The notes under the pieces: model-generated
The model's database searches: none
What the model was told of the DNA's origin: nothing
Seen by the model: the letters and a program-made list of their open reading frames with translations, nothing else
In this document: in pieces, positions 38,892-48,556 of the stretch
How positions within the stretch are numbered: the stretch's first letter is position 1
Layout of the letters: each line of letters opens with the position of its first letter
Origin: a virus
Taxonomy: Duplodnaviria > Caudoviricetes
Reading direction: 5' to 3' (one strand)
IMG/VR virus record: IMGVR_UViG_3300034110_000167
Span: 1 to 61,418 of that record
Length of the DNA stretch: 61,418 nt
Made by a program: the position numbers and the translations under genes

Positions 38892-39073
38892 ATTTAATAC
38901 AAATAAAGAAGTTTAACCATTTCATTTTAAGGATATTAAATCCCTTAAACAAAATAGCATCACCATTTTTAGACAATTGTTTGCGTTTATCAAGAGCTGC
39001 ATTATACAACCAAAATTTTTTATGATTAACATCAAACAAGATATAACCTCTTAGCAAGGCTTCTAGGGATTTA

Positions 39074-39232
39074 TTAATTCCAATCACGATCTTCTTGTAG
39101 TTCTCTGATACGTTGCCTACGATTGTGCGCATCTTTTTGTGTTTCTTTTTTACGCTTAAATTGATTTTTAAACTCATCTTTTAATGAAGGTAGCTCTTCA
39201 TCGTATTGTTTTTCTTTATTCTTCTTACTCAT
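39074..39232 (-). CDS. Small charged hypothetical protein (52 aa; absent from the ORF track)
   Basis: Manual translation MSKKNKEKQYDEELP...DRDWN; ATGA overlap with the upstream gene. Confidence 0.6.
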   Translation of the reverse strand: MSKKNKEKQYDEELPSLKDEFKNQFKRKKETQKDAHNRRQRIRELQEDRDWN

Positions 39233-39651
39233 AATGTTTTAGGTTTCAGGAATTTTACTGCCCCGATATTACCGTTATACCAGACACGCTCTCCATTAGG
39301 GAGTTCCTCTCGGGATAAGACCTCACATGCCCATTGCTCTTGCACTTCGCTGTATGTAAGATCTCCGGGACCGATGCACCATTTATAGATAACAAATGTA
39401 AATACGTCAAGTCCCGATCGCTTAATATCGTCCAAAAGTTCTCTGCATGAAGAGGTGTAGTTACGCCAATCAGATTCCTTGCGTGTGACAGTACGGCGGC
39501 TTGCTCCGGGTTTAAGTTTTCTTGATACACTTATTAGTTGCTTTCTTCCAATATATCGTCTTCCTGTTTCAAGGTTTTCGATGTAGTAGATGAATCCAAA
39601 GGCGTTGTCTGGTCGTTCTGTAAGGGGGTGCCAGTGTCCGTAATCTTCCAT
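39229..39651 (-). CDS. GIY-YIG-like nuclease
   Basis: FGFIYYIENLETGRRYIGRKQ...ESDWRNYTSS...YNGNI. Confidence 0.8.
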   Translation of the reverse strand: MEDYGHWHPLTERPDNAFGFIYYIENLETGRRYIGRKQLISVSRKLKPGASRRTVTRKESDWRNYTSSCRELLDDIKRSGLDVFTFVIYKWCIGPGDLTYSEVQEQWACEVLSREELPNGERVWYNGNIGAVKFLKPKTL

Positions 39652-40376
39652 TGTAATTTCTCTTGTAGTTCTTTATAGGTTAATGGTCGGCAGTTGTCTG
39701 CACTATCTCTGATCCAGATTAGATTAGCTGATTTAACAAAGTCAGATTCCCATGTGTTACCGCATTTAATACGGTAGGTATCTAGCACAACAGATAACAG
39801 TGTTTCTACTGGTTTATCAGATAAAATTTTTTCAGCAGTCTTTGGCCCAAGACCTTTAATACCCTGAATATTATCTGTAGCATCTCCCATAAGAATTTGT
39901 TTCATTAAGAAAGTATAACCTTGTTCGGGTGTTACTTTATAAAACTCTTTCTTACGGAAGTTATAGTGCCAACCCGGTAATGCATCTAAGTCTTTGTCAA
40001 TATGACAGACAATAGCTGATTTACCTTCTTCTTGAGCTAACTTAAAAGCAATACCACAGTAGTCGTCAGCCTCAGCATTGTCAGATTCAATACAGAAGTC
40101 TTGAGCGTACTTGTACAGCATTTCTAACCTGTCTTTTACTTCAGGCTCTAGTGTATCTTTACGATTACCTTTGTAGTCAGATGCTGCTTGATATCGAAAG
40201 TTATCCTTACCTTTAATAAACACTGCACCACTATATGCAGATACTTCTGACATAATCTCAGCTAAACGTGAATCAAAAGCTTTTTTACATAGTGCAGGTG
40301 ATGGTTGGTAGTGTGCTATTTGGTACAGAATAGAGTCTGCATCAATAATAGCTACGTCAAATGTTTCTTCAGTCAT
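39534..40376 (-). CDS. 5'-3' exonuclease (T7 gp6 / FEN family)
   Basis: IDADSILY, YKGNR, EADD, DKDLD, GDATDNIQGIKGLGPKTA. Confidence 0.93.
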   Translation of the reverse strand: MTEETFDVAIIDADSILYQIAHYQPSPALCKKAFDSRLAEIMSEVSAYSGAVFIKGKDNFRYQAASDYKGNRKDTLEPEVKDRLEMLYKYAQDFCIESDNAEADDYCGIAFKLAQEEGKSAIVCHIDKDLDALPGWHYNFRKKEFYKVTPEQGYTFLMKQILMGDATDNIQGIKGLGPKTAEKILSDKPVETLLSVVLDTYRIKCGNTWESDFVKSANLIWIRDSADNCRPLTYKELQEKLQWKITDTGTPLQNDQTTPLDSSTTSKTLKQEDDILEESN

Positions 40377-42241
40377 TAGTGTACTTCCGCATAATTAGTT
40401 CCTGTATGGGCATCACCACCCATACACATAACACCAAAAGCTTTAGGTGCTTCTGTAAAAGCTTGGATAGATAATTGAGCCACTTCTTCGGCATATTCTT
40501 CTTTAACTACCACAGCTAGCTCGTCATGATAATGTAGTGCAAAGTAGTGTTTAATACCACGCTTATTTAGTTCATCACGTAGCCATACAATAGCTGCTTT
40601 GCATGTGATACCTTCAGCTGTTTGTAGTAGGTAGTTTAGTACTTGATGTTTAGAACTTACAAATACCAGACGACCATCTAAGCCACGGATAAAAGCATTA
40701 TCTTTACCAAACGCATTTGATGTATTATCAAACAAAGCACCTAAAGAATCTTTAAGTTCTTTTAATCCGGGGATACTAGATTCATACAATGCTTTAGACT
40801 GCTTACCAATGTTAGCATTAGATTTTCCTGTAAGGATTAAGCCAAGCTTTGCATCGCCACCACCAAACAGATAAGCATATAGCCAAGGCTTAGCCGTTTT
40901 ACGGGGCGTTTCATATACTCCAGATAAAATGTTAGCATTTTTCGTGTGTACATCTCCATTGATTACCTCATTAGTGAAATCATCATTACCAATATAGTGG
41001 CATAAACCACGCATCTGATTACCTGCCGAGTCAGCACCCACAATGACTGTCCCTGGCTCACATACCAGTAGAGATCGCATTTCTTTTCCGTAAACTGAGT
41101 CCACAGAAGGTAAATTAGCAACAAGCTCGTGACGACATCTAAAAGTGGGAGTACCAATGGTCCACATACGACCGTGTAAACGATTATCCGGGGATGCCTT
41201 AACAGCTTCAATCCACCCTTCCAAGATACCTTTCCTTGATCGGATTGTATAGTATTCACTGACCAACATAGCATCAGCACCCAAGCGTTCCAAAGAACTC
41301 TCAGTGATTTTAGGAGATTTATTAACAAATTTACCATTAATTTTCTCCACATTCCATTCGTCAGGTACCCATCCAATAGAGTACAGCCAGTCCTTTACTA
41401 CTTCAATTGATCCGACTTTGCCTTGTTCAAAGCTAATTCGGCAGTATGGGCCTTCAATAGGTCTCGTAGTTCTTCCTGACTCTTGTGGTAAATTAAAGTG
41501 TTTGACAGTGGCAACTGTATAACATCCGTCTTTACGCCATGCTGGTTCTTTGAATTCATCTTTACCATCCGTCTTAATACACCTCATACCAATACGAGGT
41601 TCTAATACATTCTCAATGGCATTTAGTTTGTTGTTGATTTCTGTCAGTAATGTTTGAGCAGAGGACATGTCAAACATCCAACCTTTTTGGCGGATATCAG
41701 ATTCTATCTTAGCAAATTCAAACTCTACGTTAAGACCTTGTTTATATAGAGGGTTCTTGGCAATAAGCTTTCCAGCTTCTTCTACCAGTACTTTATAGAC
41801 TTTAACGTTAAGCTCTACATCTCGGATACAATATGTAAGCATTTCATCTGAGTATTCATCGAACTTATCAAATGAAAGCTTGGGGTAGCCTAATTTAGAA
41901 CCCCAACCTTCAAGACCATGTTTGTGATCTCGTTTATATTGATTACATTGAGACATTACCCATGTATCAACCACTTGTTGATGTGGTTTAGGTACCCATC
42001 CACATAAATGTTTTAATACAACATTGTCGTAACCAATAATGTTATGGCCAATGATAACGTCAGCGGTATGAAGCTCTTCTAGGCCATTTTGTAATTCATA
42101 ATGATCGGGATTACCATCTTTACTTACATACTCCTTTACTTCACCTGTATCAGGATTAACTAATACAAGCATCCAGATTTTGTTGACTTCAGGCATAAAA
42201 CCATTAGTCTCGATATCAAACACATATCTTTTCTTAGTCAT
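40376..42241 (-). CDS. DNA polymerase family A with 3'-5' exonuclease (T7 gp5-like)
   Basis: FDIET, GHNIIGYD, YCIRDV; DSAGNQMR (A), RKTAKPWLYAYLFG (B), YHDE (C). Confidence 0.96.
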   Translation of the reverse strand: MTKKRYVFDIETNGFMPEVNKIWMLVLVNPDTGEVKEYVSKDGNPDHYELQNGLEELHTADVIIGHNIIGYDNVVLKHLCGWVPKPHQQVVDTWVMSQCNQYKRDHKHGLEGWGSKLGYPKLSFDKFDEYSDEMLTYCIRDVELNVKVYKVLVEEAGKLIAKNPLYKQGLNVEFEFAKIESDIRQKGWMFDMSSAQTLLTEINNKLNAIENVLEPRIGMRCIKTDGKDEFKEPAWRKDGCYTVATVKHFNLPQESGRTTRPIEGPYCRISFEQGKVGSIEVVKDWLYSIGWVPDEWNVEKINGKFVNKSPKITESSLERLGADAMLVSEYYTIRSRKGILEGWIEAVKASPDNRLHGRMWTIGTPTFRCRHELVANLPSVDSVYGKEMRSLLVCEPGTVIVGADSAGNQMRGLCHYIGNDDFTNEVINGDVHTKNANILSGVYETPRKTAKPWLYAYLFGGGDAKLGLILTGKSNANIGKQSKALYESSIPGLKELKDSLGALFDNTSNAFGKDNAFIRGLDGRLVFVSSKHQVLNYLLQTAEGITCKAAIVWLRDELNKRGIKHYFALHYHDELAVVVKEEYAEEVAQLSIQAFTEAPKAFGVMCMGGDAHTGTNYAEVH

Positions 42242-42717
42242 GAGGATAGTAAATCTTGTGCGTATAGTGTGGAGTAGGGCGCTTCCAGCATTCTGGCTTC
42301 CATTTCTTCGGGATCAAAGAAGTATTTTTCTTTGTCATCTTTTGGATTGTATTTAAGACCTTTTACTTTAAAACCTTTTCTTCCGGTAAGGTTCTGACAG
42401 GCATGAACAAACTCATGACATACAATGTCAGTAAATTTACTGAACATATATGTGTTGTCTTCCCAATCATTTAGGAAAGGGTCTCTCATTTGGATTAGCA
42501 TAATACCTTCATCCTCATTATACATAGTGAGGCCTTGGGACATTGCGTCTTCTCCATACTCTACTAGGCAGATAGAGATAGTCACAGGTTTCTCTGTAAC
42601 TTTTACGTTAAACCTTTTAGTGTAGTCATCAAGGATATTAAAGAAGATATCCTTAACATCCTTTTGACAGTTGTGTATTGATGATACAGTAACTTTTAGG
42701 TTTTTATATTTATTCAT
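42238..42717 (-). CDS. Putative zinc metallopeptidase
   Basis: HEFVH (HExxH) plus PEEMEAR. Confidence 0.7.
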   Translation of the reverse strand: MNKYKNLKVTVSSIHNCQKDVKDIFFNILDDYTKRFNVKVTEKPVTISICLVEYGEDAMSQGLTMYNEDEGIMLIQMRDPFLNDWEDNTYMFSKFTDIVCHEFVHACQNLTGRKGFKVKGLKYNPKDDKEKYFFDPEEMEARMLEAPYSTLYAQDLLSS

Positions 42718-42919
42718 AGTTAATATTGTAAGTAGGTGTACTACTTTCTTTTACGTTAGGCGATCCTAACTTGGTTAGCTCTTCAGCCATACACCCAATT
42801 AGGTTATTTTGTGCTTCAATAGTATCATTTGCTTCCTCAACTTCATTTGTCAGCTGCCAGTTCTTCCATCCAATCCAGACAAAAGCTGCTGCAATAATAA
42901 GTAGGTAGTCTGAATTCAT
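42710..42919 (-). CDS. Small membrane-anchored protein
   Basis: N-terminal TM segment followed by a coiled coil. Confidence 0.65.
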   Translation of the reverse strand: MNSDYLLIIAAAFVWIGWKNWQLTNEVEEANDTIEAQNNLIGCMAEELTKLGSPNVKESSTPTYNINYE

Positions 42920-43383
42920 AGTAATCCTGTCTGCTTAAGCCATTCAATATCGGCAAATTTATTGGGGTCAAATACTTCGTTTACAAGAATAAAGTTGTCT
43001 TTAAGGTATTTAACTCCTTTAAGACATTTATACTCGGATTGATACACCACACGAACAATACCGCAAGCGTATATAAGCTTAGCGCAATCAATACAAGGGG
43101 AAAGAGTACAATAGAGAGTGCTACCCTGAGTAGACAGGTTAGAACGAGCGACTTTAGCAATAGCTTGGGCTTCTGCATGCAATACAGGGTTACTTTGTGT
43201 ATCATTGTCTGTACCTCGTGCTGTACCATTGTATGAGAAGGCAATGATGTTATCATCCTTAACAATGATAGCACCTACCTTACGATCTTCTGCGTATGAT
43301 TGTTGTGCAATTAATGAGCAGATATTTAAATAAAAGTTATCCCAATCAGTTTGTGTTTTCATGTGCGTAATGGGCAAAGTCAT
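42916..43383 (-). CDS. dCMP deaminase
   Basis: RKVGAIIVKD, SYNG, HAEAQAI, LSPCIDC. Confidence 0.9.
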   Translation of the reverse strand: MTLPITHMKTQTDWDNFYLNICSLIAQQSYAEDRKVGAIIVKDDNIIAFSYNGTARGTDNDTQSNPVLHAEAQAIAKVARSNLSTQGSTLYCTLSPCIDCAKLIYACGIVRVVYQSEYKCLKGVKYLKDNFILVNEVFDPNKFADIEWLKQTGLL

Positions 43384-43496
43384 AGTCTGTTTCTAATTCA
43401 GAAATAGTATCTAAAATGTACTCCAGTTGTTGTTTAAGGTATTCACTGACAGGCTTTTTAAGAACAAGTGTTACATCCACAGTTTCACCTGAGGTA

Positions 43497-43763
43497 TCAA
43501 CGATCATAGTATGCCTTCCATTTATTCCAGTTAATCATTTTATCGTCATAGCATTCTTGAATAAACTTAGTATCTAGCTGCAGTTCTCGGGTTACTTTGT
43601 GAAGGCAGTATTGCAGCTGACCAATCTCCTCAGACAGTTGTTGTTTGTTAGTATCACCTGTGTAAGGATTAGTTTGTTCAAGACCAAACCTTAGTACCTT
43701 TGTCAGTGCCTGAATTACTTCAGAACATTCCTCTGCTGCTGTGTATAGTGTATATTTGTCCAT
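43497..43763 (-). CDS. MazG-like NTP pyrophosphohydrolase
   Basis: AEECSEVIQALTK...LSEEIGQL. Confidence 0.75.
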   Translation of the reverse strand: MDKYTLYTAAEECSEVIQALTKVLRFGLEQTNPYTGDTNKQQLSEEIGQLQYCLHKVTRELQLDTKFIQECYDDKMINWNKWKAYYDR

Positions 43764-43936
43764 CAGAATTTTACCTCAGTTGTGTCTACAATAGACCACG
43801 ATTCATTTAAGTTTGTGTTTAAAATATAGTCTTGGATAGCTACTGCTGCAGTCATTTCTGCTTCATCAGTATCTTTTGCGTTAATATAAAACACCACTGT
43901 CACTGCATACTGTTGCATACATTCTTTCGTTGTTAG

Positions 43937-43953
43937 GTATTAGGTACCGACTA
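43937..43953 (-). promoter_or_regulatory. Putative phage RNAP promoter upstream of the replication genes
   Basis: TAGTCGGTACCTAATAC. Confidence 0.72.
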
Positions 43954-43955
43954 GG

Positions 43956-44171
43956 TTAGCTGCCAAAAAGTTCTTTACGGATATCATTTAGAATAAATTG
44001 TTCAAGTTTTTTTCTCAAATAGTGCTCAGGTGCTCCTGTTGAATCTTTAGTATGTGCATAGAATCTTTTACCACTTACCTCTACTACTAAGCTACAACTG
44101 TACGTGTTGTAGTAGCAATAATCTAATCCGTTATACGGGTCACGGGCATAAGAGTACTGTATAACTTTCAT
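43956..44171 (-). CDS. Hypothetical protein
   Basis: Tightly packed operon ORF. Confidence 0.6.
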   Translation of the reverse strand: MKVIQYSYARDPYNGLDYCYYNTYSCSLVVEVSGKRFYAHTKDSTGAPEHYLRKKLEQFILNDIRKELFGS

Positions 44172-44172
44172 A

Positions 44173-45048
44173 TTACATATCCATTTTATTACGGAAACCT
44201 AAGAATATAGGGTGTCGTGGTTTATCTTTCACTCCGATGGGGAAGTGTTTGTATTTAACAATATATCCAAGCAGACTTGATTTATTCTGCCAGAAATTTT
44301 CTCGATCTTGTTGATCGAATCCAGAACCAATTTTAAATTCGACTCCGTCACGGGTCTTGCAGATGAATGCTCCAAGAGTTCCTTTGCCAGACATGCCAGA
44401 CTGTTTAGTTGAGCGTTTAGTTCTTCCGAGTTCATTAACTTCTGCATCGTTTCCATTATACATTTCCTCTTCCCAACCAATGATAACAGCTTCGTCATCC
44501 TCAAACCGTTTTAGTTTGAATGCATTAGCTTCTTTGATAGTGCAGCGACCGTATTTGTATCTACCTTGAGGATTACGGATAATAATACCTTCATAACCTA
44601 GGTTAAGCATCTGCTCTTCGTAGTTCAATAATTCTTCTTTGTTATTAACTAACTTGTATCCGGTATACATCATACATTCGTTATTAAAAACAAAAGTACT
44701 TTCCATACGCTCACGATATAGGCTTACGGTGTCATCCCAATGGTCAAATTGATAGAAAGAGAATTCACCTACTTTATCATGCGACATAACAAAGGAGTTA
44801 GTATCACGATATACTGTAGATGACGTAGGTTTTCCTACAATAAGTTCACCATCCATACCTTCAAGTTCTTCAGCGTATAAGTATACCCATGCTTGGATAT
44901 GTTTGTTAGGGATAGGTTTAAGGGTACGTGATAAGGCTACACCATTTTTAATAAGGCACCTGATACCATCTAACTTAGGGGTAACATAGACGGGGTATTT
45001 CAGTGTATCTAGGTCAGGAGTTTCACGGGGTAACAACATTGGTTTCAT
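44173..45048 (-). CDS. ATP-dependent DNA ligase
   Basis: TPKLDGIR, DGEL, EGIIIR, KLKRF, IGSGF, PRHPIF. Confidence 0.94.
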   Translation of the reverse strand: MKPMLLPRETPDLDTLKYPVYVTPKLDGIRCLIKNGVALSRTLKPIPNKHIQAWVYLYAEELEGMDGELIVGKPTSSTVYRDTNSFVMSHDKVGEFSFYQFDHWDDTVSLYRERMESTFVFNNECMMYTGYKLVNNKEELLNYEEQMLNLGYEGIIIRNPQGRYKYGRCTIKEANAFKLKRFEDDEAVIIGWEEEMYNGNDAEVNELGRTKRSTKQSGMSGKGTLGAFICKTRDGVEFKIGSGFDQQDRENFWQNKSSLLGYIVKYKHFPIGVKDKPRHPIFLGFRNKMDM

Positions 45049-45275
45049 TAAAAGTCCTTATCACACATACCAAACATCACAAGAATATTCTTTACTTCAG
45101 AAGGTAATTCAAATACACCATCATAATCAATTAGTTTGAGGTCATGATCAAACCAAAGACCACCACCTGAATTGTCACCTAGAGTATCATGTTCAAAACA
45201 ACCATACTTATTCTTAACATCTAACTCAATAGTATAGTTTTGAGTACCTAACTTACAGTTGAAGTTGTATTTCAT
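45048..45275 (-). CDS. Conserved hypothetical phage protein
   Basis: GGLWFD...LIDYDGVFELP. Confidence 0.7.
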   Translation of the reverse strand: MKYNFNCKLGTQNYTIELDVKNKYGCFEHDTLGDNSGGGLWFDHDLKLIDYDGVFELPSEVKNILVMFGMCDKDF

Positions 45276-45277
45276 AT

Positions 45278-45877
45278 TTACTTTCGAAGGTTATTACTCA
45301 AATTATAGTACATATCAGACTTTAGTGCTCGTAACTGTAACAATAGCATTGTCTCTAATTCATGCATTTCATCATCAGTACCGTACGCCAGAATAGTACG
45401 CTTAAAGTCATCAGGAAACTCGTTATAGGCTTCTAGGAAAGCTTCACCTGACCCAATATATCCATCATCATGCGTTCCTTTGTGCTTTCCAAGGTACTTT
45501 CTGTCTGTACTTTTGGATACCCAAAGATACACAAATGACTCACCGCTAGAGTTGTAGGTGTTAGTTTCGGCGGGTACTTCGGTGTGGTACTCTCCTTTAA
45601 TATGGTCTTGCCAGATTTCTTTGACATATGCTACCCAAGGTTTATTTTTACTACGCCATAGTACTACAAAAGAAGGTGATCCTTCGTTTTCACAGAGATG
45701 TTCATAAACCCATTTGTTGTATAGACCTGAGAACTCTTTGTCACCTACTTTAATTCGGATCATTGACTTACCTGAATCACTGGTAAATTGTTCAACTTCA
45801 TCTACGGTACATGTATAGATGTCAAACAGTTTATCATCACCGGCAACCCAACGTTTAACTGTTTTAATAAGATTCAT
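45278..45877 (-). CDS. Protein with a C-terminal GIY-YIG-like domain
   Basis: FVYLWVSKSTDRKYLGKHKG...GYIGSG...YYNL. Confidence 0.7.
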   Translation of the reverse strand: MNLIKTVKRWVAGDDKLFDIYTCTVDEVEQFTSDSGKSMIRIKVGDKEFSGLYNKWVYEHLCENEGSPSFVVLWRSKNKPWVAYVKEIWQDHIKGEYHTEVPAETNTYNSSGESFVYLWVSKSTDRKYLGKHKGTHDDGYIGSGEAFLEAYNEFPDDFKRTILAYGTDDEMHELETMLLLQLRALKSDMYYNLSNNLRK

Positions 45878-46130
45878 TTACCAGTCCAAATTCAGATGCG
45901 GGATTAACCTTCTCGTAGATTGTGTTACGTGTTTCGAATGTACCACTTTTATCAGGGAACTTCACAATACCCGAAGTACGTACTTGAGAACACTTTCCTA
46001 AATTAGGGTGGTCTAGTACTTCAGGTAGATAGGCAATATACTCAATGTTATTTGGTTTAGAGTATAACCATTCACGGATAGAAATTGGCCCTGAGTAATG
46101 TACTACTGGTTTAATCATAATGTTTTCCAT
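45864..46130 (-). CDS. Hypothetical protein
   Basis: DHPNLG...VRTS...FETRNTIY pattern common in phages. Confidence 0.65.
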   Translation of the reverse strand: MENIMIKPVVHYSGPISIREWLYSKPNNIEYIAYLPEVLDHPNLGKCSQVRTSGIVKFPDKSGTFETRNTIYEKVNPASEFGLVNESY

Positions 46131-46651
46131 GTTTCATTTCTTGCAATACTTTCTGACTTACTTTTATCACGATCATCATTCATACTGCTGTGTAATTCAC
46201 TATCCAACAAGATAGCGCAACTGGCCATAATATGAGCTAAGTGATTTACTTTGCTGTCATGGGCAAAGTCTTCACCGTTATACCAGTCTGCTAAGTGTCG
46301 ATGCATAGCGTCATAGAATACGCTAGCAGTGGTACCTGTTTCACGCCAGTTATAGCGGCCATATTTACTTGCACCGTCAGACATAGCAGCACCTAAAGCA
46401 AATAGAGCTACTGGTGGTACGTCTGATAGTTTAGGTTTACCTTGAGCAGCAGCTGTTTTAAGGTTGGTGTCTACTAATTTGTTTATATCCATACCTTTAA
46501 ATCCTTTATAGTATTCTTCTTCATCGGCTTCAATGTTATATTGTTTAGCCATAGCATTAGACCATTTAGGTGTCATTGCATCGTAGAAGTCTTTCTTTTG
46601 TTGATTAGTAAATGGTTCGTAGTATTCATTCACATACTTAGGTAGAGCCAT
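46115..46651 (-). CDS. dATP/dGTP diphosphohydrolase domain protein (DUF5664-like)
   Basis: GKPKLSDVP...GASKYGRYNW...AMHRHL...GED...DS..NHLAH. Confidence 0.85.
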   Translation of the reverse strand: MALPKYVNEYYEPFTNQQKKDFYDAMTPKWSNAMAKQYNIEADEEEYYKGFKGMDINKLVDTNLKTAAAQGKPKLSDVPPVALFALGAAMSDGASKYGRYNWRETGTTASVFYDAMHRHLADWYNGEDFAHDSKVNHLAHIMASCAILLDSELHSSMNDDRDKSKSESIARNETWKTL

Positions 46652-46923
46652 TAATATACATCTCCGTTTTCTTTTATTTTTAAGTCTTCATAAGGTGCAG
46701 CTACACGGCGATAGAACTCAAGTTTAGCACCTTCTAATGCACCTACAATATCGTTGATAGACTGGTAGCAGGGTTTGTTATTAAAGTAGTTTTTAATTAG
46801 CATAGTAATAACATAGTTTAGTTCGCCTGGATTATCAGGGAATTCAATTCCAAGATCCATAGTGTTATGTTTGGTATACTCAACTACTAATTTTTTCTTT
46901 TGTTCGGGATTAATATATGGCAT
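46651..46923 (-). CDS. Conserved phage protein (start MPYI)
   Basis: PGELNY...IVGALEGAKLEFYRRVAAPYED.KI.ENGDV. Confidence 0.8.
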   Translation of the reverse strand: MPYINPEQKKKLVVEYTKHNTMDLGIEFPDNPGELNYVITMLIKNYFNNKPCYQSINDIVGALEGAKLEFYRRVAAPYEDLKIKENGDVY

Positions 46924-47010
46924 TTTAGATATGTACTTTAGGTTTACGGAAAAATTGTGCAATGACAATTAAGGATGCAATGCATAGAATGGTGACCCAG
47001 ATATTTGTAA

Positions 47011-47424
47011 TCATAGATATTCTTCAATAATACTTTCACAAGCTTTTGTTACATCAGAGCGCCACTCAGTTACAAGTGACTCAAAGAACGGGTGAATAAC
47101 AGAAGCATCAGCTTTAAAGGCTACTACAGGTTTACGTAGTACATAGGATGCATAAAAGACTTCCATAGCTGTACCGTGTTTGGCTACAGTTGGTTTGTCT
47201 AGGTTTACTAGGATAATATCTGACTCTTGAATATCACGAAGATCTAATTCAAAGATACGCTTCATGTATCTTGGTTCAAAGTTATGAACACGGCGACATG
47301 GATTTAGTGTTTGAACTTCATTACGCCATAGCAGTAATTCTGCTTTTGTACGCCAACCTACAGCGTCTTCAACGGATACATGCTCCATAGGGCCAGCTAA
47401 ATACACGGTTCTTTGTTTATTCAT
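47011..47424 (-). CDS. Nucleoside 2-deoxyribosyltransferase / deoxynucleotide N-hydrolase family protein
   Basis: VYLAGPM, DLRDIQESDIILV, GTAMEV. Confidence 0.82.
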   Translation of the reverse strand: MNKQRTVYLAGPMEHVSVEDAVGWRTKAELLLWRNEVQTLNPCRRVHNFEPRYMKRIFELDLRDIQESDIILVNLDKPTVAKHGTAMEVFYASYVLRKPVVAFKADASVIHPFFESLVTEWRSDVTKACESIIEEYL

Positions 47425-47720
47425 AATTCACTTAGTACTTTCATATTGTTAGCAGTATACCACAAACCACCTTGGCTTTCAGGACGTTTGTGTTCAGTGT
47501 ATTGTGTGATCATTACCTTGCACCATACACGATCTTTTTTGGAGAGATGTGGTGCAGTAGGTTCAGCACAGCAGTGCCAACCGGGACGTACTGCAAAACC
47601 TTTTGTTGGGTGCTCTTCAGCTTCATACCAGATCATCGGTTGTACTTTTTGCTTACGGTTAATAAACAAAGGACCATAGGTACCGTCTTTACGTTTACGG
47701 AACAATTTGTAGGCGATCAT
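47421..47720 (-). CDS. Conserved hypothetical phage protein
   Basis: AYKLFR...RPGWH...PHL...QGGLWY. Confidence 0.7.
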   Translation of the reverse strand: MIAYKLFRKRKDGTYGPLFINRKQKVQPMIWYEAEEHPTKGFAVRPGWHCCAEPTAPHLSKKDRVWCKVMITQYTEHKRPESQGGLWYTANNMKVLSEL

Positions 47721-47880
47721 CGTTGTAAATAATATTTAGTTGATCTTCTTTAGACATTTCAGAGAATCTCTCAAAGTGATTCTCACCACAACACCGAAAG
47801 CTACTTTGCTCACAACCGCAATAACAGCAATATGTTGTGCTATCTGACATGTATTCTTGATGTAGCTCTTCTTTGGTCAT
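47695..47880 (-). CDS. Small Cys-rich hypothetical protein
   Basis: CCYCG...CCGENHF. Confidence 0.6.
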   Translation of the reverse strand: MTKEELHQEYMSDSTTYCCYCGCEQSSFRCCGENHFERFSEMSKEDQLNIIYNDDRLQIVP

Positions 47881-48337
47881 ACAAACACCTCATCTAAGAA
47901 CACTTCAAGATGCTCAGGAGTATAACCTAAGTAAGCATCAGCTTCATAATATGCTTCAGCTTCTGAGTTAGCATACACAAAGAAGTTTTTAAGGGACGAT
48001 ACAACGTAATATTGGTTCATTCTACAACCTTTGATTTAATAAGACTTTCAACTGCTTCTATTTCATCAAGATACAAAGCTAAAGCTTGTTCTCGGTTAAT
48101 ACGGTAGAATTTCATTACAAACTCTATTGCTTTTTCGTTCATTTGAAACTCACTCGATACCATACAAAATAAATAACAACAATACCTAATAGACCAATCA
48201 TTGTGCCATCTTCCATAGACCAATGTTACCTACAGCATAGCCAAAGTAACATATACCCATACCAACGTTACCTTTAATGGTTTGCTCTACTGAGATGTAG
48301 GCATAGATACATCCTGTCAGTACAATAAGCCAGCTAC

Positions 48338-48556
48338 TCATGCATGTGCCTGTACATAGTTAGGTTGATTACCTGCATAGGTTTTAACAGGCTTTACAAT
48401 ATTAACATCAGTCCATGCAGCAATATGAACGAGTTCATCACTCATATTATAGCATACAGAGTACATACCGTCAATATGTTTGAATAGATAGACTTTGTTT
48501 AGTAAGTCACCTTCAATACTGAAGTAAGTATCACGGGGTAGTTCGTAGAGTTTCAT
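48338..48556 (-). CDS. Hypothetical protein
   Basis: MKLYELPR...HIDGMYS. Confidence 0.65.
   Translation of the reverse strand: MKLYELPRDTYFSIEGDLLNKVYLFKHIDGMYSVCYNMSDELVHIAAWTDVNIVKPVKTYAGNQPNYVQAHA

Noticed and set aside
38884-39177. 97-aa ORF
   Set aside because: Its 5' half overlaps a better-supported 52-aa ORF (39074..39232) in another frame; no RBS
46115-46651. Z-base or 7-deazaguanine DNA modification system suggested by DUF5664
   Set aside because: No PurZ, DpdA, QueC/D/E or FolE homologue recognised
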